64,000 nucleotides of DNA from Candidatus Nitrospinota bacterium M3_3B_026 (lineage in GTDB: Bacteria; Nitrospinota_A; UBA7883; JBPRGF01), in contig JBPRGF010000024.1 in the NCBI GenBank assembly GCA_051418015.1, positions 32,001 to 96,000 on the forward strand, given 5' to 3'. Position numbers and translations under genes: made by a program. Positions 28,853 to 38,051 of the stretch are shown piece by piece. The stretch's first letter is position 1; each line of letters starts with the position of its first letter. Under the pieces are notes generated by a model, which saw only the letters and a list, made by a program, of their open reading frames with translations, did no database searches and was not told the origin of the DNA.

Positions 28853-30540
28853 CGGCGATCCTCCTTGATTATCGAAGGCGTTATGAAGACCAGCAACTCA
28901 AGCTCGTTGTCCACTCTCCTGTCGTTTTTGAACAGCCATCCAAGGACGGGGATTTTGTGGAACCATGGCACGCGGTCCTGGAACCCCCCGTCCTCGCCCT
29001 CGAACAGGCCCCCCAGGACGGCGGAGCCGCCGTTGTCCACCGCCACGCTGGTCACCAGCTCCTTTTTCTTGATGGCGGGCGTCCCCTGTACGCTCAGTTC
29101 TCTGTCCACCTCGTTTTTCTTCGCCTCGATCTTGAGCCTGATCCTGTTGTCCTCCATGATCTGCGGCGTGACGGACAGGGAGATCACCGCCTCCTTGAAC
29201 CGGACTGTGACGCCGGTGTTGGCCGAGGAGGCCTGGTATGGCACCTCCCTGCCGGACTTTATGACTGCCTCCTCGCCGTTTATGGCCATCACCTTCGGGT
29301 TGGAGAGAGTGCGGCTGACGCCCGCCCGTTCCATGGCGTATAGCCTGGCCTGGATCAGCGCCGCCCCGGAGGCGTCCCCCAGCGTCACCCCCACCACGGC
29401 GCCCGCCGGGTTCGGCAGCACCTCTCCCGTGACGGGGTCCACGGCGCCCTCCGGCGGCAGCGATACGCCGTAAGGGCCCTGCGCCCCCTGTCCGCCTCCA
29501 TATATCCCTATGGTGTTGGGAAAAACCCGGTTGGTAACCCTCATGGCGTGGCCGCCCCACTGGATGCCAAGGTCCCTGACGTGGCTTCTTTGTATCTCGA
29601 CTATCCTGGCTTCTATGTACACCTGCCGGGGGCGGACGTCTATCTCCTCTATCCTCTGCATGATCCTCGGCATGACCGCCTCGGGGGCGGTTATGGTGAC
29701 GAGGCTTTCCGCCCTGAACACGGCGAACCGCGCCTCGGGCCCGAGGAGGATCTTTTTCGCGTCCGCCTTCGCGCCTTCCACGCCGTGGTCATTGGCGGAG
29801 TCCGCGCCGTTGGTGAAAAGCTTTTTCAGGTACGCCACGGCCTCTCCAGGGTCGGCATAGCGGAACCTGTAGCTTTTCGTCGCCATCCGCTCCGTTTTCT
29901 CCAGGAGAGAGGCGTAGTATTTTTCCTCGGCCGTTTTCCTGCGCCCCCTGGCGAGCTTTATGGCGTTGTCGGCGGCTTCTTTTCTCAATTTCTGCTCGTT
30001 CAGCAGGTTTTCGTATGTGGTGACGACGATCATGTCGTTTTCATCGACGGCCGATGGTGTTTCCGTGTCGGCGAAGATGTCCTCGCCGCCGGACGCGGCC
30101 GCCACCCCGGCGGCGAGGACGATAATTCTTAAAGCCTCGGTCCAGCTCGCGTCCTCGATCAAAAGCGGCGGCAGGGGGCGCTTGCCAGCCCCCGGGCGGG
30201 TCAAGAACTTCAATCCAGATACATCCGCGATGAGGTCTATCGCCTCCTCGACGGTAGCGTCTCTCAGGTTCAGCGAGACTTTCGGAGTTTCGCTGGATCG
30301 CGCGCCGGGAAGGAAGACGACCTGCTCCTTCGGCCCTGAAGACAAGGGAGCGGAGGGCGCGGCTTCGATCGTTTCCAGGGGCGGAGGGTCCATCTTGAAC
30401 TCCGGGGGCAGGGGGCCGTATGAGGGCTCACTCACCTTAATGGCGGGGGGGGTTACGGTCTCCGGTTTCTCCGCTGGCTTCGGCGCGGTGGCGCAGGCCG
30501 AGAGGGTGAAAGCCGCGATGGTAATCAACGATCCTCTCAT
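28849..30540 (-). CDS. pilQ: type IV pilus secretin PilQ-like, with lipoprotein signal
   Basis: VSLNLRDA, RQVYIEARIVE..DLGIQWG, LSNPKV, LSVTPQI, VPWFHKIPVLGWLFK, ELLVFITP; lipobox LSAC. Confidence 0.88.
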   Translation of the reverse strand: MRGSLITIAAFTLSACATAPKPAEKPETVTPPAIKVSEPSYGPLPPEFKMDPPPLETIEAAPSAPLSSGPKEQVVFLPGARSSETPKVSLNLRDATVEEAIDLIADVSGLKFLTRPGAGKRPLPPLLIEDASWTEALRIIVLAAGVAAASGGEDIFADTETPSAVDENDMIVVTTYENLLNEQKLRKEAADNAIKLARGRRKTAEEKYYASLLEKTERMATKSYRFRYADPGEAVAYLKKLFTNGADSANDHGVEGAKADAKKILLGPEARFAVFRAESLVTITAPEAVMPRIMQRIEEIDVRPRQVYIEARIVEIQRSHVRDLGIQWGGHAMRVTNRVFPNTIGIYGGGQGAQGPYGVSLPPEGAVDPVTGEVLPNPAGAVVGVTLGDASGAALIQARLYAMERAGVSRTLSNPKVMAINGEEAVIKSGREVPYQASSANTGVTVRFKEAVISLSVTPQIMEDNRIRLKIEAKKNEVDRELSVQGTPAIKKKELVTSVAVDNGGSAVLGGLFEGEDGGFQDRVPWFHKIPVLGWLFKNDRRVDNELELLVFITPSIIKEDRR

Positions 30541-30878
30541 CTTGCCGCCTCCCCGTCCGAAATCCCCAGGATCATCCGCGATCCGTTTTTTTCGACCGTC
30601 ACGGCGTTTATGTCTATCCGCGTTATCACCCCGCCGTCAAGGGTGGAGCCGACCGTGAGCCTGCGGCCGTCTATTACGGCGATTTTTGCGTCCAGGCTTA
30701 TGAGGATCATCTCAACCTTAGGGGCCCTCTTCGCGGCGGACTTAGGCGCTGGCTCACCCTCGGACCGCGGGGCCTGTTTCTCTCCGAACATGAAAGGGGC
30801 GCGGTAGGACTCAGCGCCATCGGCGAGAGACAAGGCGCAAAGGGACAAAACCGCCGCCAACAGTCTTGATAATCGCAT
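30537..30878 (-). CDS. small exported PilP/MshK-like protein
   Basis: Signal peptide, YRAPF, AVIDGRRLTVG..ITRI...V pattern; position just before the secretin. Confidence 0.55.
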   Translation of the reverse strand: MRLSRLLAAVLSLCALSLADGAESYRAPFMFGEKQAPRSEGEPAPKSAAKRAPKVEMILISLDAKIAVIDGRRLTVGSTLDGGVITRIDINAVTVEKNGSRMILGISDGEAAR

Positions 30879-30879
30879 T

Positions 30880-31431
30880 CTACAGACCGAAAACCTCAAG
30901 CTCCATGTCCGCCGCGAGTCTCGAGGGCGGGTAGCCCCCGATCGCCGCGATCTCAAGCCTTCTCAGGGAGACGGGGTGATCCGCCTCCATGACCTTCTCC
31001 ACGAACCCCGCGATGGCGCGCCAGCCCGCTTCCACCCTGACCATGACTTTCGAAGGCTTCCTCGTTGTTCCAGCCCTCCCGTTGCGGGGGGACATCTCCA
31101 TGAGCGCCACGTCCACGCCAGAGATCTCCGCCGCCGTCTTGAGAAGCCTCAGAGTCTTGTCCGCGCTTTCAGTCCTGTTGAAAAATTCGCGCGTCTTGTC
31201 GGCCTTCGCGGCCAGGAGGGCCTCTTTTTTCGCCGCTTCGGCCAGAAGCCGCGAGGGATCGCCCAGCCGCTCCAGCCTCCGCGAGGAGGCATTCACAGAC
31301 GCTGAAAGAACGGCCAGCCTCTCCTTTTTCTCCTGGCTCTCCTTGTACGAAGGCGCAAGGGAGAAAAAGCCGGCCGCCAGGAGCAACGCCGCCAGGGCCG
31401 CCGGAGCGGCGATCTTCTCCCACGCCGTCAT
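30880..31431 (-). CDS. PilO/GspM-like bitopic membrane protein
   Basis: TM, coiled coil and a ferredoxin-like C-terminal region (VRVEAGWRAIAGFVEKV); operon position. Confidence 0.6.
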   Translation of the reverse strand: MTAWEKIAAPAALAALLLAAGFFSLAPSYKESQEKKERLAVLSASVNASSRRLERLGDPSRLLAEAAKKEALLAAKADKTREFFNRTESADKTLRLLKTAAEISGVDVALMEMSPRNGRAGTTRKPSKVMVRVEAGWRAIAGFVEKVMEADHPVSLRRLEIAAIGGYPPSRLAADMELEVFGL

Positions 31432-32987
31432 CTGGACTCCTTTTTCTGGCTTTTCGCCCCTTTGCTCTTCGATTGTTTCAGCGCGGCCTTCATCCTGAAA
31501 ACCGAAAAGTCCCCATTGCCGTTTTCGTAGCGCTCCAGCCTCCGCAACAGGACAGAGCCGACGGCTGGGAGATCCTCGAGGTTTTCGGAAAGCTCGGCGA
31601 TGGCGCGCATCCTTTCGTTCGCTGGCCCCCGGGCCAGCCCCTCGACTTCCAGGATTCCGCTCTCCGCCACGTCCAGCGACAGCCTGGTCAACGCCAGGTT
31701 TTTCGGCATGGCCCCCGCTACGCCGTTAAAAAAAACCGCCCAGTCGATCCCCGATCCGCGCAGGGCGGGGTACCCGGCCAGCTCCGTTTCGAGCCTGCTG
31801 ATATTGCCCCGGATGGAGCGGAGCCTGTCGTGGAGGCTCTCGCGTTCGGCCAGCCGTTCTCTCATGGCGCCTGCCCGCGCTTCGAGCGCGGCTGTTTGCG
31901 TTTCCACGCTGGATATGGCGCTTTCCATCCCCTGTCGCGCAAAGAAGATGAAAACCGCAGCGGCCGCCGCCACCAGCCAGTAGGGCCATCTGTTCAAGGC
32001 GCCGAGGCTCCTTTTCCAGGGAGAGGCGCCGAGCAGGTTTATGGTCTCTCCTCCGTCGATGGCGATCCCCACGGCGATGGCCGCCTCAGGGCCGGGGACG
32101 GACGATCCGCCGCCGGTCGAGATAAAATCCTCGAACGGGTCGTAGACGGTGAACGGCGTCCCGGTGAAATCGGTCAAGTAACGGTCGAGGTTTTCGGTCA
32201 TGGCGCCGCTTCCGACAAGATAGGCCCCCCGGACATCCTCCGCGCCGGAGCGGCGGAAATAGTCCATGGTCCGCTCGATTTCTACGGCGAGCCTTTTCAG
32301 GGCGGCGCCGGACGGATCACCCGCGTCCCGGCCCGGGGAGCCCGCCGGCAGGCCGAACGGCGCCTCCCTGGTGAAGAGCGGGACGCCGTTCCGCAGGATG
32401 TAAAGACCCGTGAAATCCTTTTCGAGAACCGCGAAAAACAGGGGGTCGGACTTGTCCAGCCGCCTGCTGTGAAGGACGAGGGCGCGGATCGCTGCCACGG
32501 GGCTTGTCAGTGCGTGGGGCCTCGGGCGCGAAGCGTTGGCGGCTTTCCGGCGCGTTTGCGCCTTCTCCGCGCTCATGGCCGCCATGAACACCCTCATCCC
32601 TCCCTGCGGAGTCCGCCCGGTGATCCACACGTCCATTACGGCGTCGCGCAAGGGGAAAGGGGCGCTGTCTGCCTGGGTGTGCCGCAGGGTCTCCACCGCC
32701 TCGCGCCTCGGCATCTGGGGAAGCTCGACAAGCCTGGTGAAAATCTCCGGGCCGCCCGCTATCTCTATAACCTTTGTCCCGCCAAGGCCCAGGAGCGCCG
32801 CGCCGTTCGCCCCTCTCCGGCCGTTCGAATGGGGCTCGTCCAGGGTCAGCGAAAAAAGCCTGAAAACATCCCCCTCCGCCGCGATCCTGAGGCGGAAGGC
32901 GGAGCCATTGTTTATCACTACGGCGTCGCGTGGGGACAGCAGGGTTTTGGGAAAAAGACCGGAGGCTGGTGTGGCGACTCGCGACAT
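31428..32987 (-). CDS. PilM-PilN-like fusion protein
   Basis: PilM-like RLVELPQM..PFP, EIERTMDYF, YLVGSGA, then INLL, TM, coiled coil and PilN-like MPKNLALTRL. Start uncertain. Confidence 0.65.
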   Translation of the reverse strand: MSRVATPASGLFPKTLLSPRDAVVINNGSAFRLRIAAEGDVFRLFSLTLDEPHSNGRRGANGAALLGLGGTKVIEIAGGPEIFTRLVELPQMPRREAVETLRHTQADSAPFPLRDAVMDVWITGRTPQGGMRVFMAAMSAEKAQTRRKAANASRPRPHALTSPVAAIRALVLHSRRLDKSDPLFFAVLEKDFTGLYILRNGVPLFTREAPFGLPAGSPGRDAGDPSGAALKRLAVEIERTMDYFRRSGAEDVRGAYLVGSGAMTENLDRYLTDFTGTPFTVYDPFEDFISTGGGSSVPGPEAAIAVGIAIDGGETINLLGASPWKRSLGALNRWPYWLVAAAAAVFIFFARQGMESAISSVETQTAALEARAGAMRERLAERESLHDRLRSIRGNISRLETELAGYPALRGSGIDWAVFFNGVAGAMPKNLALTRLSLDVAESGILEVEGLARGPANERMRAIAELSENLEDLPAVGSVLLRRLERYENGNGDFSVFRMKAALKQSKSKGAKSQKKESR

Positions 32988-33277
32988 AACCCTACCGAAG
33001 TATCGCGGGACAAGACGCCGCCCGCACCCCACCGGCATCGACCACCGGGAGCCGCCCGGACCACTCCGATCGGGTCAGCTCACAGGAAAGGCGCCAGCCC
33101 GCTTCACGTAATGGAATGGGGTTATTCTACATTAATCGGGAGAGTTTCGCGCTGAGACAGTGAAATTTTTTTTTCTGGCCCCAGCGGGCGGAGAGCCGCG
33201 TCCCGCGCCCTGTGATCCGGACGAGACGCGCCTTGCGCGGCTCGTTGTTCTATAATATATACATGGAGGCTGGTGAG

Positions 33278-33535
33278 ATGACGGCCGGGCATGTTCTCCT
33301 CGATTATCGGGGGAGAAGGGACCGTTCGATGACGGAGAGCCTGCGCGAGCTTCTACTGACGCGGCGTGCGGACGTTGTTTCCGTGGAGGCGCTCGTGGAC
33401 AGCGAGAAGCTCGCCCACAAGCTCATCCTCTTTGCGGAGATAACCCAGTGCCACGCTCGGGCCGAAAACCGCGGCGGGCACTGGTCCGTGACGATCACTC
33501 CTCCGTCCTGCCCGTTCCGGCGGAAGACGCGGTGA
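33278..33535 (+). CDS. small protein, possible degenerate TusA/SirA-like sulfur carrier
   Basis: TATAAT at 33251, GGAGG RBS, LDYRG start and HWSVTI end reminiscent of TusA; CPxP motif absent. Confidence 0.45.
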   Translation: MTAGHVLLDYRGRRDRSMTESLRELLLTRRADVVSVEALVDSEKLAHKLILFAEITQCHARAENRGGHWSVTITPPSCPFRRKTR

Positions 33536-33700
33536 TCTTGCCGGGGCCGGGGCGTCCACGCTCCACCCTCCGCGGTTCCGCCCGGCTTGAAACTTTTCGG
33601 GCGGCGGGGCATCAGAAATAACCGTTCCGTGGACCGGGATCGGAACGCGCGGTCACTGGCGCGTTCCGGGCTGTTGATATTTTTATGGGAGTTGTTATTG

Positions 33701-34075
33701 ATGAACATGTTTGAAGCATTCTCGAAGATCTTGAATCCCGCCCTGCCCGAGGGGGCGGATTACGTTTCCGTTGATGAGGCCCGAGAGGCCATGAAAGACG
33801 GCGGGTTCGACCTGGTGATAGACGTCCGCTCGCTCAGCGAGTGGGAGAAGGGGCGGATACCTGGCGCCGTCTTCGCGCCGGGGCCGGGCTTGCAGGGCCG
33901 CGCCGCCGAGCTGAAGGAAAAGTGGAACGGAGGGGATATCCTCGTCTACTGCCGCACTCACCAGCGCTCCAGCAGGGCCGCGTGGGTATTGTCCGAGAAC
34001 GGATTTGAGAACGTAAAGGTCATGCGCGGCGGCGCCGAGCAATGGGGCAGGGCGGGCCACCCGATGGAGCGCTGA
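33701..34075 (+). CDS. rhodanese-like domain protein
   Basis: IDVRS..EW..GRIPGA, VYCRTHQRS active loop, GFENV..MRGG..W. Confidence 0.9.
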   Translation: MNMFEAFSKILNPALPEGADYVSVDEAREAMKDGGFDLVIDVRSLSEWEKGRIPGAVFAPGPGLQGRAAELKEKWNGGDILVYCRTHQRSSRAAWVLSENGFENVKVMRGGAEQWGRAGHPMER

Positions 34076-34520
34076 GAAGCGAGCCGGAGACCGCGCCTAC
34101 ATGCCGGGCCGGCAGCCCCTGGAGCCGGGCTGAAAGTCAAACGCCCCGGGACGGGCGCGGTCCTCGGGGCGTGATCTTTCGCCCCGGGATGACACCGGCC
34201 GCAGAATACCCCCAGAGAGCTGACAGCGCGCAGGTGTTTTTTTAGTTCGCCGCCGTTGCATTCAGGATTCCGATGGGCAGCGCCACGCACCCCCTCCTTC
34301 CCGAGTCCTGCGCCTCATGCCGGGGATGCGGGTTCGAAGACGCCGCTTTCGCAGGAGGGTGTAGATCGCTCCGGCGGAGCGGGGGCCTCGCCTTTCGGAA
34401 AAAAAATCAAACATACCAGTTGCAACGATACCTGTCCGCGCGTTTTTCGTGGGTAGCGATGTTATAATTTGAAAGTTTGAAAGTTTGTTTAGAGCCGTTC
34501 GCTGTTCACATTGGTGAGGA

Positions 34521-35324
34521 ATGGGAGAAAGCTTTCGTCTTGGCCGCTCCGGCGGTTATGCTCTTCAGTCCTACGGGAGGGCCGATGTGGGCAGGGCGAG
34601 GGCGAGCAACCAGGACGCCGTATACATCGACAACGATGGCGGCGTTTTCGTTCTGGCCGACGGGATGGGGGGGCACCGCGGCGGCGAGCGGGCGAGCAGA
34701 CTGGCCGTGGAGGTGGCCGGGCGGCTTCTGAGCAGGCGGCGTGACAGGGGAGTGGGGCTCGGGCCCGAGTCCTCGGCGTCGCTGAAAAGCAGCAGGGGCG
34801 CGGAGCTTCTCACCAGGACGGCGATCCTGAAGGCCCACGAGGTGATATTGAAAGCCAGCCGCTCCTACCCGGAGCTTTCCGGGCTGGGATCTACGATCGA
34901 GACGTTGCTGGTAGACAGGGGGATCGCGACGATTGGACACATCGGCGACAGCAGGGTCTATCTCATGAGAGACGGGGGGCTGAGAACTCTGACCGAGGAT
35001 CACTCCATGATAAACGAGATGATGAAATCCGGCGGCATGACCGAGGAGGAGGCCGCCCGCCACCCGTTCAGGAACAAGATCACCCGCGCCCTGGGGCACA
35101 TGCCGGACACGAGAGTGGACGTGACCGAAATAGACGTCCGCAAAGGCGACCTGTTTCTCATGTGCTCCGACGGGCTGACGAACGTGTTGTCCGACGATCA
35201 GATATCGGCCCGGCTTGAGCGTGACGGCGATGACCTGGAGGCGGCCTGCGAAAGGCTTATAGACATGGCCAATGAAGGCGGCGGGCCGGACAATATCTCC
35301 GTGATCCTGGCCAGAGTCATATAA
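34521..35324 (+). CDS. PP2C-family Ser/Thr protein phosphatase (Stp1/PrpC)
   Basis: NQD, LADGMGG, HIGDSRVY, TEDHS, ITRALG, CSDGL, GGPDNIS. Confidence 0.95.
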   Translation: MGESFRLGRSGGYALQSYGRADVGRARASNQDAVYIDNDGGVFVLADGMGGHRGGERASRLAVEVAGRLLSRRRDRGVGLGPESSASLKSSRGAELLTRTAILKAHEVILKASRSYPELSGLGSTIETLLVDRGIATIGHIGDSRVYLMRDGGLRTLTEDHSMINEMMKSGGMTEEEAARHPFRNKITRALGHMPDTRVDVTEIDVRKGDLFLMCSDGLTNVLSDDQISARLERDGDDLEAACERLIDMANEGGGPDNISVILARVI

Positions 35325-35341
35325 GGGGTTCGACTCAGAAC

Positions 35342-36196
35342 GTGGCCGGAATACCTCCCAGGCTCAGCCGCGAGACCTTCCTCGCCCTCCGCGACCTTAT
35401 CAGCCAGTGGACGGGCGTCATGTATGAGGAGCGGAAGACCTACCTGCTCGAAAACAGGCTTCAAAGGAGGCTCCGATTCCTCGGAATGGGAAGCTTCGAG
35501 GAGTATCTCGACGCGTTGACGGCGGACTTTCCGAGCGGGAAGGAGAGGGAGGCGTTCATCGACCTTGTGACCACCCACGAGACCTATTTTTTCAGGAACC
35601 TGCCACAGCTCGAGGTCTTCGTATCCAAGGCCCTGCCGGACCTCGTGGAGAGGTTGAAGTCCAGAAGCGAGAAGGTGGCGCGGATATGGAGCGCGGCGTG
35701 CTCCTCCGGCGAGGAGCCCTACACCCTGGCCATGATGATGGACAGGAAAGGCTCCCCAGGCTCCTTCATGGAGGCGAGGATACTGGGGACGGATATCTCG
35801 CCGGAGGTGCTGAGAAGGGCGCGGGAGGGACTTTATGACAGGTACTCGTTGCGCTCCACGCCGGAGGGATACCTGAAAGAATATTTCTCCGGCGAGGGCG
35901 ACGGGCTGTTCAGGCTGAATGAAAGGATAAGACGCCGCGTGAAGTTCGAGAGAGGCAACCTGCTGGACGGGAGTTTCGCCATTCCGTCAAGGAGCATGGA
36001 CGTTGTCTTCTGCAGGAACGCTCTGATCTATTTCGATGACAAGACGAAGAAACGCGCGGTGGAAAACATTGCGCGGGTGTTGAAGCCGGGGGGCTGGCTT
36101 TTCATCGGCCACTCCGAGAGCCTGCACAAGATATCCAGCGATTTCGACCTGCTCATAGAGGACGGCGTGCCGCTCTACAGGAGGAAAAAGAGATAG
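35342..36196 (+). CDS. cheR: protein-glutamate O-methyltransferase CheR
   Basis: TTHETYFFRN, IWSAACSSGEEPYT, GTDIS, FCRNALIYF, LFIGHSE. Confidence 0.95.
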   Translation: MAGIPPRLSRETFLALRDLISQWTGVMYEERKTYLLENRLQRRLRFLGMGSFEEYLDALTADFPSGKEREAFIDLVTTHETYFFRNLPQLEVFVSKALPDLVERLKSRSEKVARIWSAACSSGEEPYTLAMMMDRKGSPGSFMEARILGTDISPEVLRRAREGLYDRYSLRSTPEGYLKEYFSGEGDGLFRLNERIRRRVKFERGNLLDGSFAIPSRSMDVVFCRNALIYFDDKTKKRAVENIARVLKPGGWLFIGHSESLHKISSDFDLLIEDGVPLYRRKKR

Positions 36197-36221
36197 CCGC
36201 CCGGGGCCGGCCCCGATATCC

Positions 36222-37802
36222 TCAGTTCGCCCTGGCTATGGTGTAGGTCCTGGAATATCTCACTACCCCGTCGGCGATAGAGTCGGCGAGCTTGTTTATG
36301 TAGCCGCGGTTTCTCAGCCTGCGCTCCTCGTGGCGGTTTGTGATGAAGCCCGCCTCCACGAGCGCCGAGGGCATGGCGGCGCGCCACAGGACGTAGAACA
36401 TCGCCTGCTTGACGCCCTTGTCCCGCGTGTCCCGGTATCGCCTTCGCGCCCCGTCCACGAGCGACCTTTGAACGTTCTTGGCGAGGGTCACGGAGTCGTT
36501 GACCTTCTGCGTGTTCGACATGTCGCTCATTATGTACACCAGGTCGTTTTCCACCTCATTGGAGCTGCCCCTGGCCAGCATGTTCTCCCGCGCCGCGGTC
36601 TCCAGCTCGTCTTTGCTCCTCGCCGGGGAGAGGAAATAGGTCTCTATCCCCCGCGCCCTCCTGTTCCGGCTTGCGTTGACGTGGATGGATATGAAAAGGT
36701 CCGCGTTCAGCGAGTTGGCTATGACAGTCCGCTCGTCAAGCTCGAGGAACCTGTCCGTCCGCCTGGTGAGGACTACCCGGCAGCCGAGCCTTCTCTCCAG
36801 CGTTCTTTCGAGTCTCCTGGATATCGCCAGGGTGATATCTTTTTCCTTCAGACCCGTCGGCCCTATGGCGCCGGGGTCCTTGCCGCCGTGGCCGGGGTCT
36901 ATCACGATCGTTTTCAGCTTGCCGGTGTTGTAGCTCCTGGCGAACGACGCGGCGGCGGGGCCGGAGGACGAGGCGCTCTCCCTCTTTTTCTCCGCCCGGC
37001 TTGCGGGCGCGCGGCGATCCCTCCCGAAGTCTATGACTATCCTGAAAGGATCGTGGAGAGCTGAAAGGGTGTGGCGCGAGTTCTCCTCGGCCAGGTCGAA
37101 GACGACCCTTGTCGTCCCGCCGCCGTTTCTGGCCACGCGGAGGGCGCTTACCATGCCGGAGTCGAAACGATTGACGCTGGGGAGCCTGGTCTGGACGCCG
37201 GGAAGATCCACGTAGACCCGCTCGGGGTTTTTTATCCTGTCCGTCCTGTACGGCGCCTTTTCGGAAAAATAGAGGATCATCCTGGTGTAACCGTCGCGGG
37301 AGTAGCGCTTCACGGCGGTCAGCCGGGTCTTGCCCGTCTCAGCCTTTAAAGCCGGCGCCGGGACCTTTGCTTTCCGGCGTCCGGAATCGGCTGTCCTGGG
37401 GCGCGGCTTGTATGACTTTACAAGGCCGATGTGGCGGCGTGCGTCGTCGGCCAGGGAGCTTTTAGGGTAGTTTTCCGGCACTCTCGCGAAAGCGCGTATG
37501 GCCCTGTCCCGATCCTCGGAGCGGCCGCGCTTTCTGTAAAGCCGCTCGTAGAGGAGGCCTATCGTGTACTGCGCGTCGTCGGCCCGGGCGGAGGAGGGGT
37601 GGTTTGTGATTACCGCCTTGAACTTGTTTATGACGATCCGCCAGTTTCGGCGATCCTCCATCTTCGATGGAGAGCTAAGCAGGTCGTAAAAACCGCGCCG
37701 GGCGTCCTGGTACATCGCCTCGGTGCTCTGGGGAGCGCAAAGGGCGGGGGAGGCCCAGAACAGCAGGGTGATCGACAGGGCGAAGGCGAACCTTTTTCTC
37801 AT
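36222..37802 (-). CDS. N-acetylmuramoyl-L-alanine amidase with N-terminal TPR and AMIN domains
   Basis: IDPGHGGKDPG, EK, FISIHVN, GIETY, LVEAGFITN; signal peptide; TPR-like ADDAQY. Confidence 0.93.
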   Translation of the reverse strand: MRKRFAFALSITLLFWASPALCAPQSTEAMYQDARRGFYDLLSSPSKMEDRRNWRIVINKFKAVITNHPSSARADDAQYTIGLLYERLYRKRGRSEDRDRAIRAFARVPENYPKSSLADDARRHIGLVKSYKPRPRTADSGRRKAKVPAPALKAETGKTRLTAVKRYSRDGYTRMILYFSEKAPYRTDRIKNPERVYVDLPGVQTRLPSVNRFDSGMVSALRVARNGGGTTRVVFDLAEENSRHTLSALHDPFRIVIDFGRDRRAPASRAEKKRESASSSGPAAASFARSYNTGKLKTIVIDPGHGGKDPGAIGPTGLKEKDITLAISRRLERTLERRLGCRVVLTRRTDRFLELDERTVIANSLNADLFISIHVNASRNRRARGIETYFLSPARSKDELETAARENMLARGSSNEVENDLVYIMSDMSNTQKVNDSVTLAKNVQRSLVDGARRRYRDTRDKGVKQAMFYVLWRAAMPSALVEAGFITNRHEERRLRNRGYINKLADSIADGVVRYSRTYTIARAN

Positions 37803-38051
37803 GACTGGCGCAGGCCCCTGAAATGTCATTTAATTAGCATATATTTATATCAAATATATATGCAAAATAGCAATAATTAATCCGTCATCGGCCATAGCGC
37901 ATTGGGGGTCTGGCCCGCGCCTTGCGCTCCGGCGCTTTCATCCTCAGGCGCAAAACGTAATGTATACCTTCAACATTATGCCGCAAATGGCATGATTTTA
38001 CAAGAGATATTATTATGAATAGCGAGAGCGCAGGGGGGTGGGCAGGGGAGG

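Noticed and set aside
33958..34290. 110-aa minus-strand ORF containing CGRCH (CxxCH heme-like motif)
   Set aside because: No signal peptide, overlaps the rhodanese 3' end on the opposite strand, and has shadow-ORF composition. Probably chance.
37864..37999. Sigma54 (-24/-12) promoter candidates near the NtrC-family gene
   Set aside because: Candidates lack either a TGGCAC-like -24 element or the GC at the correct spacing.
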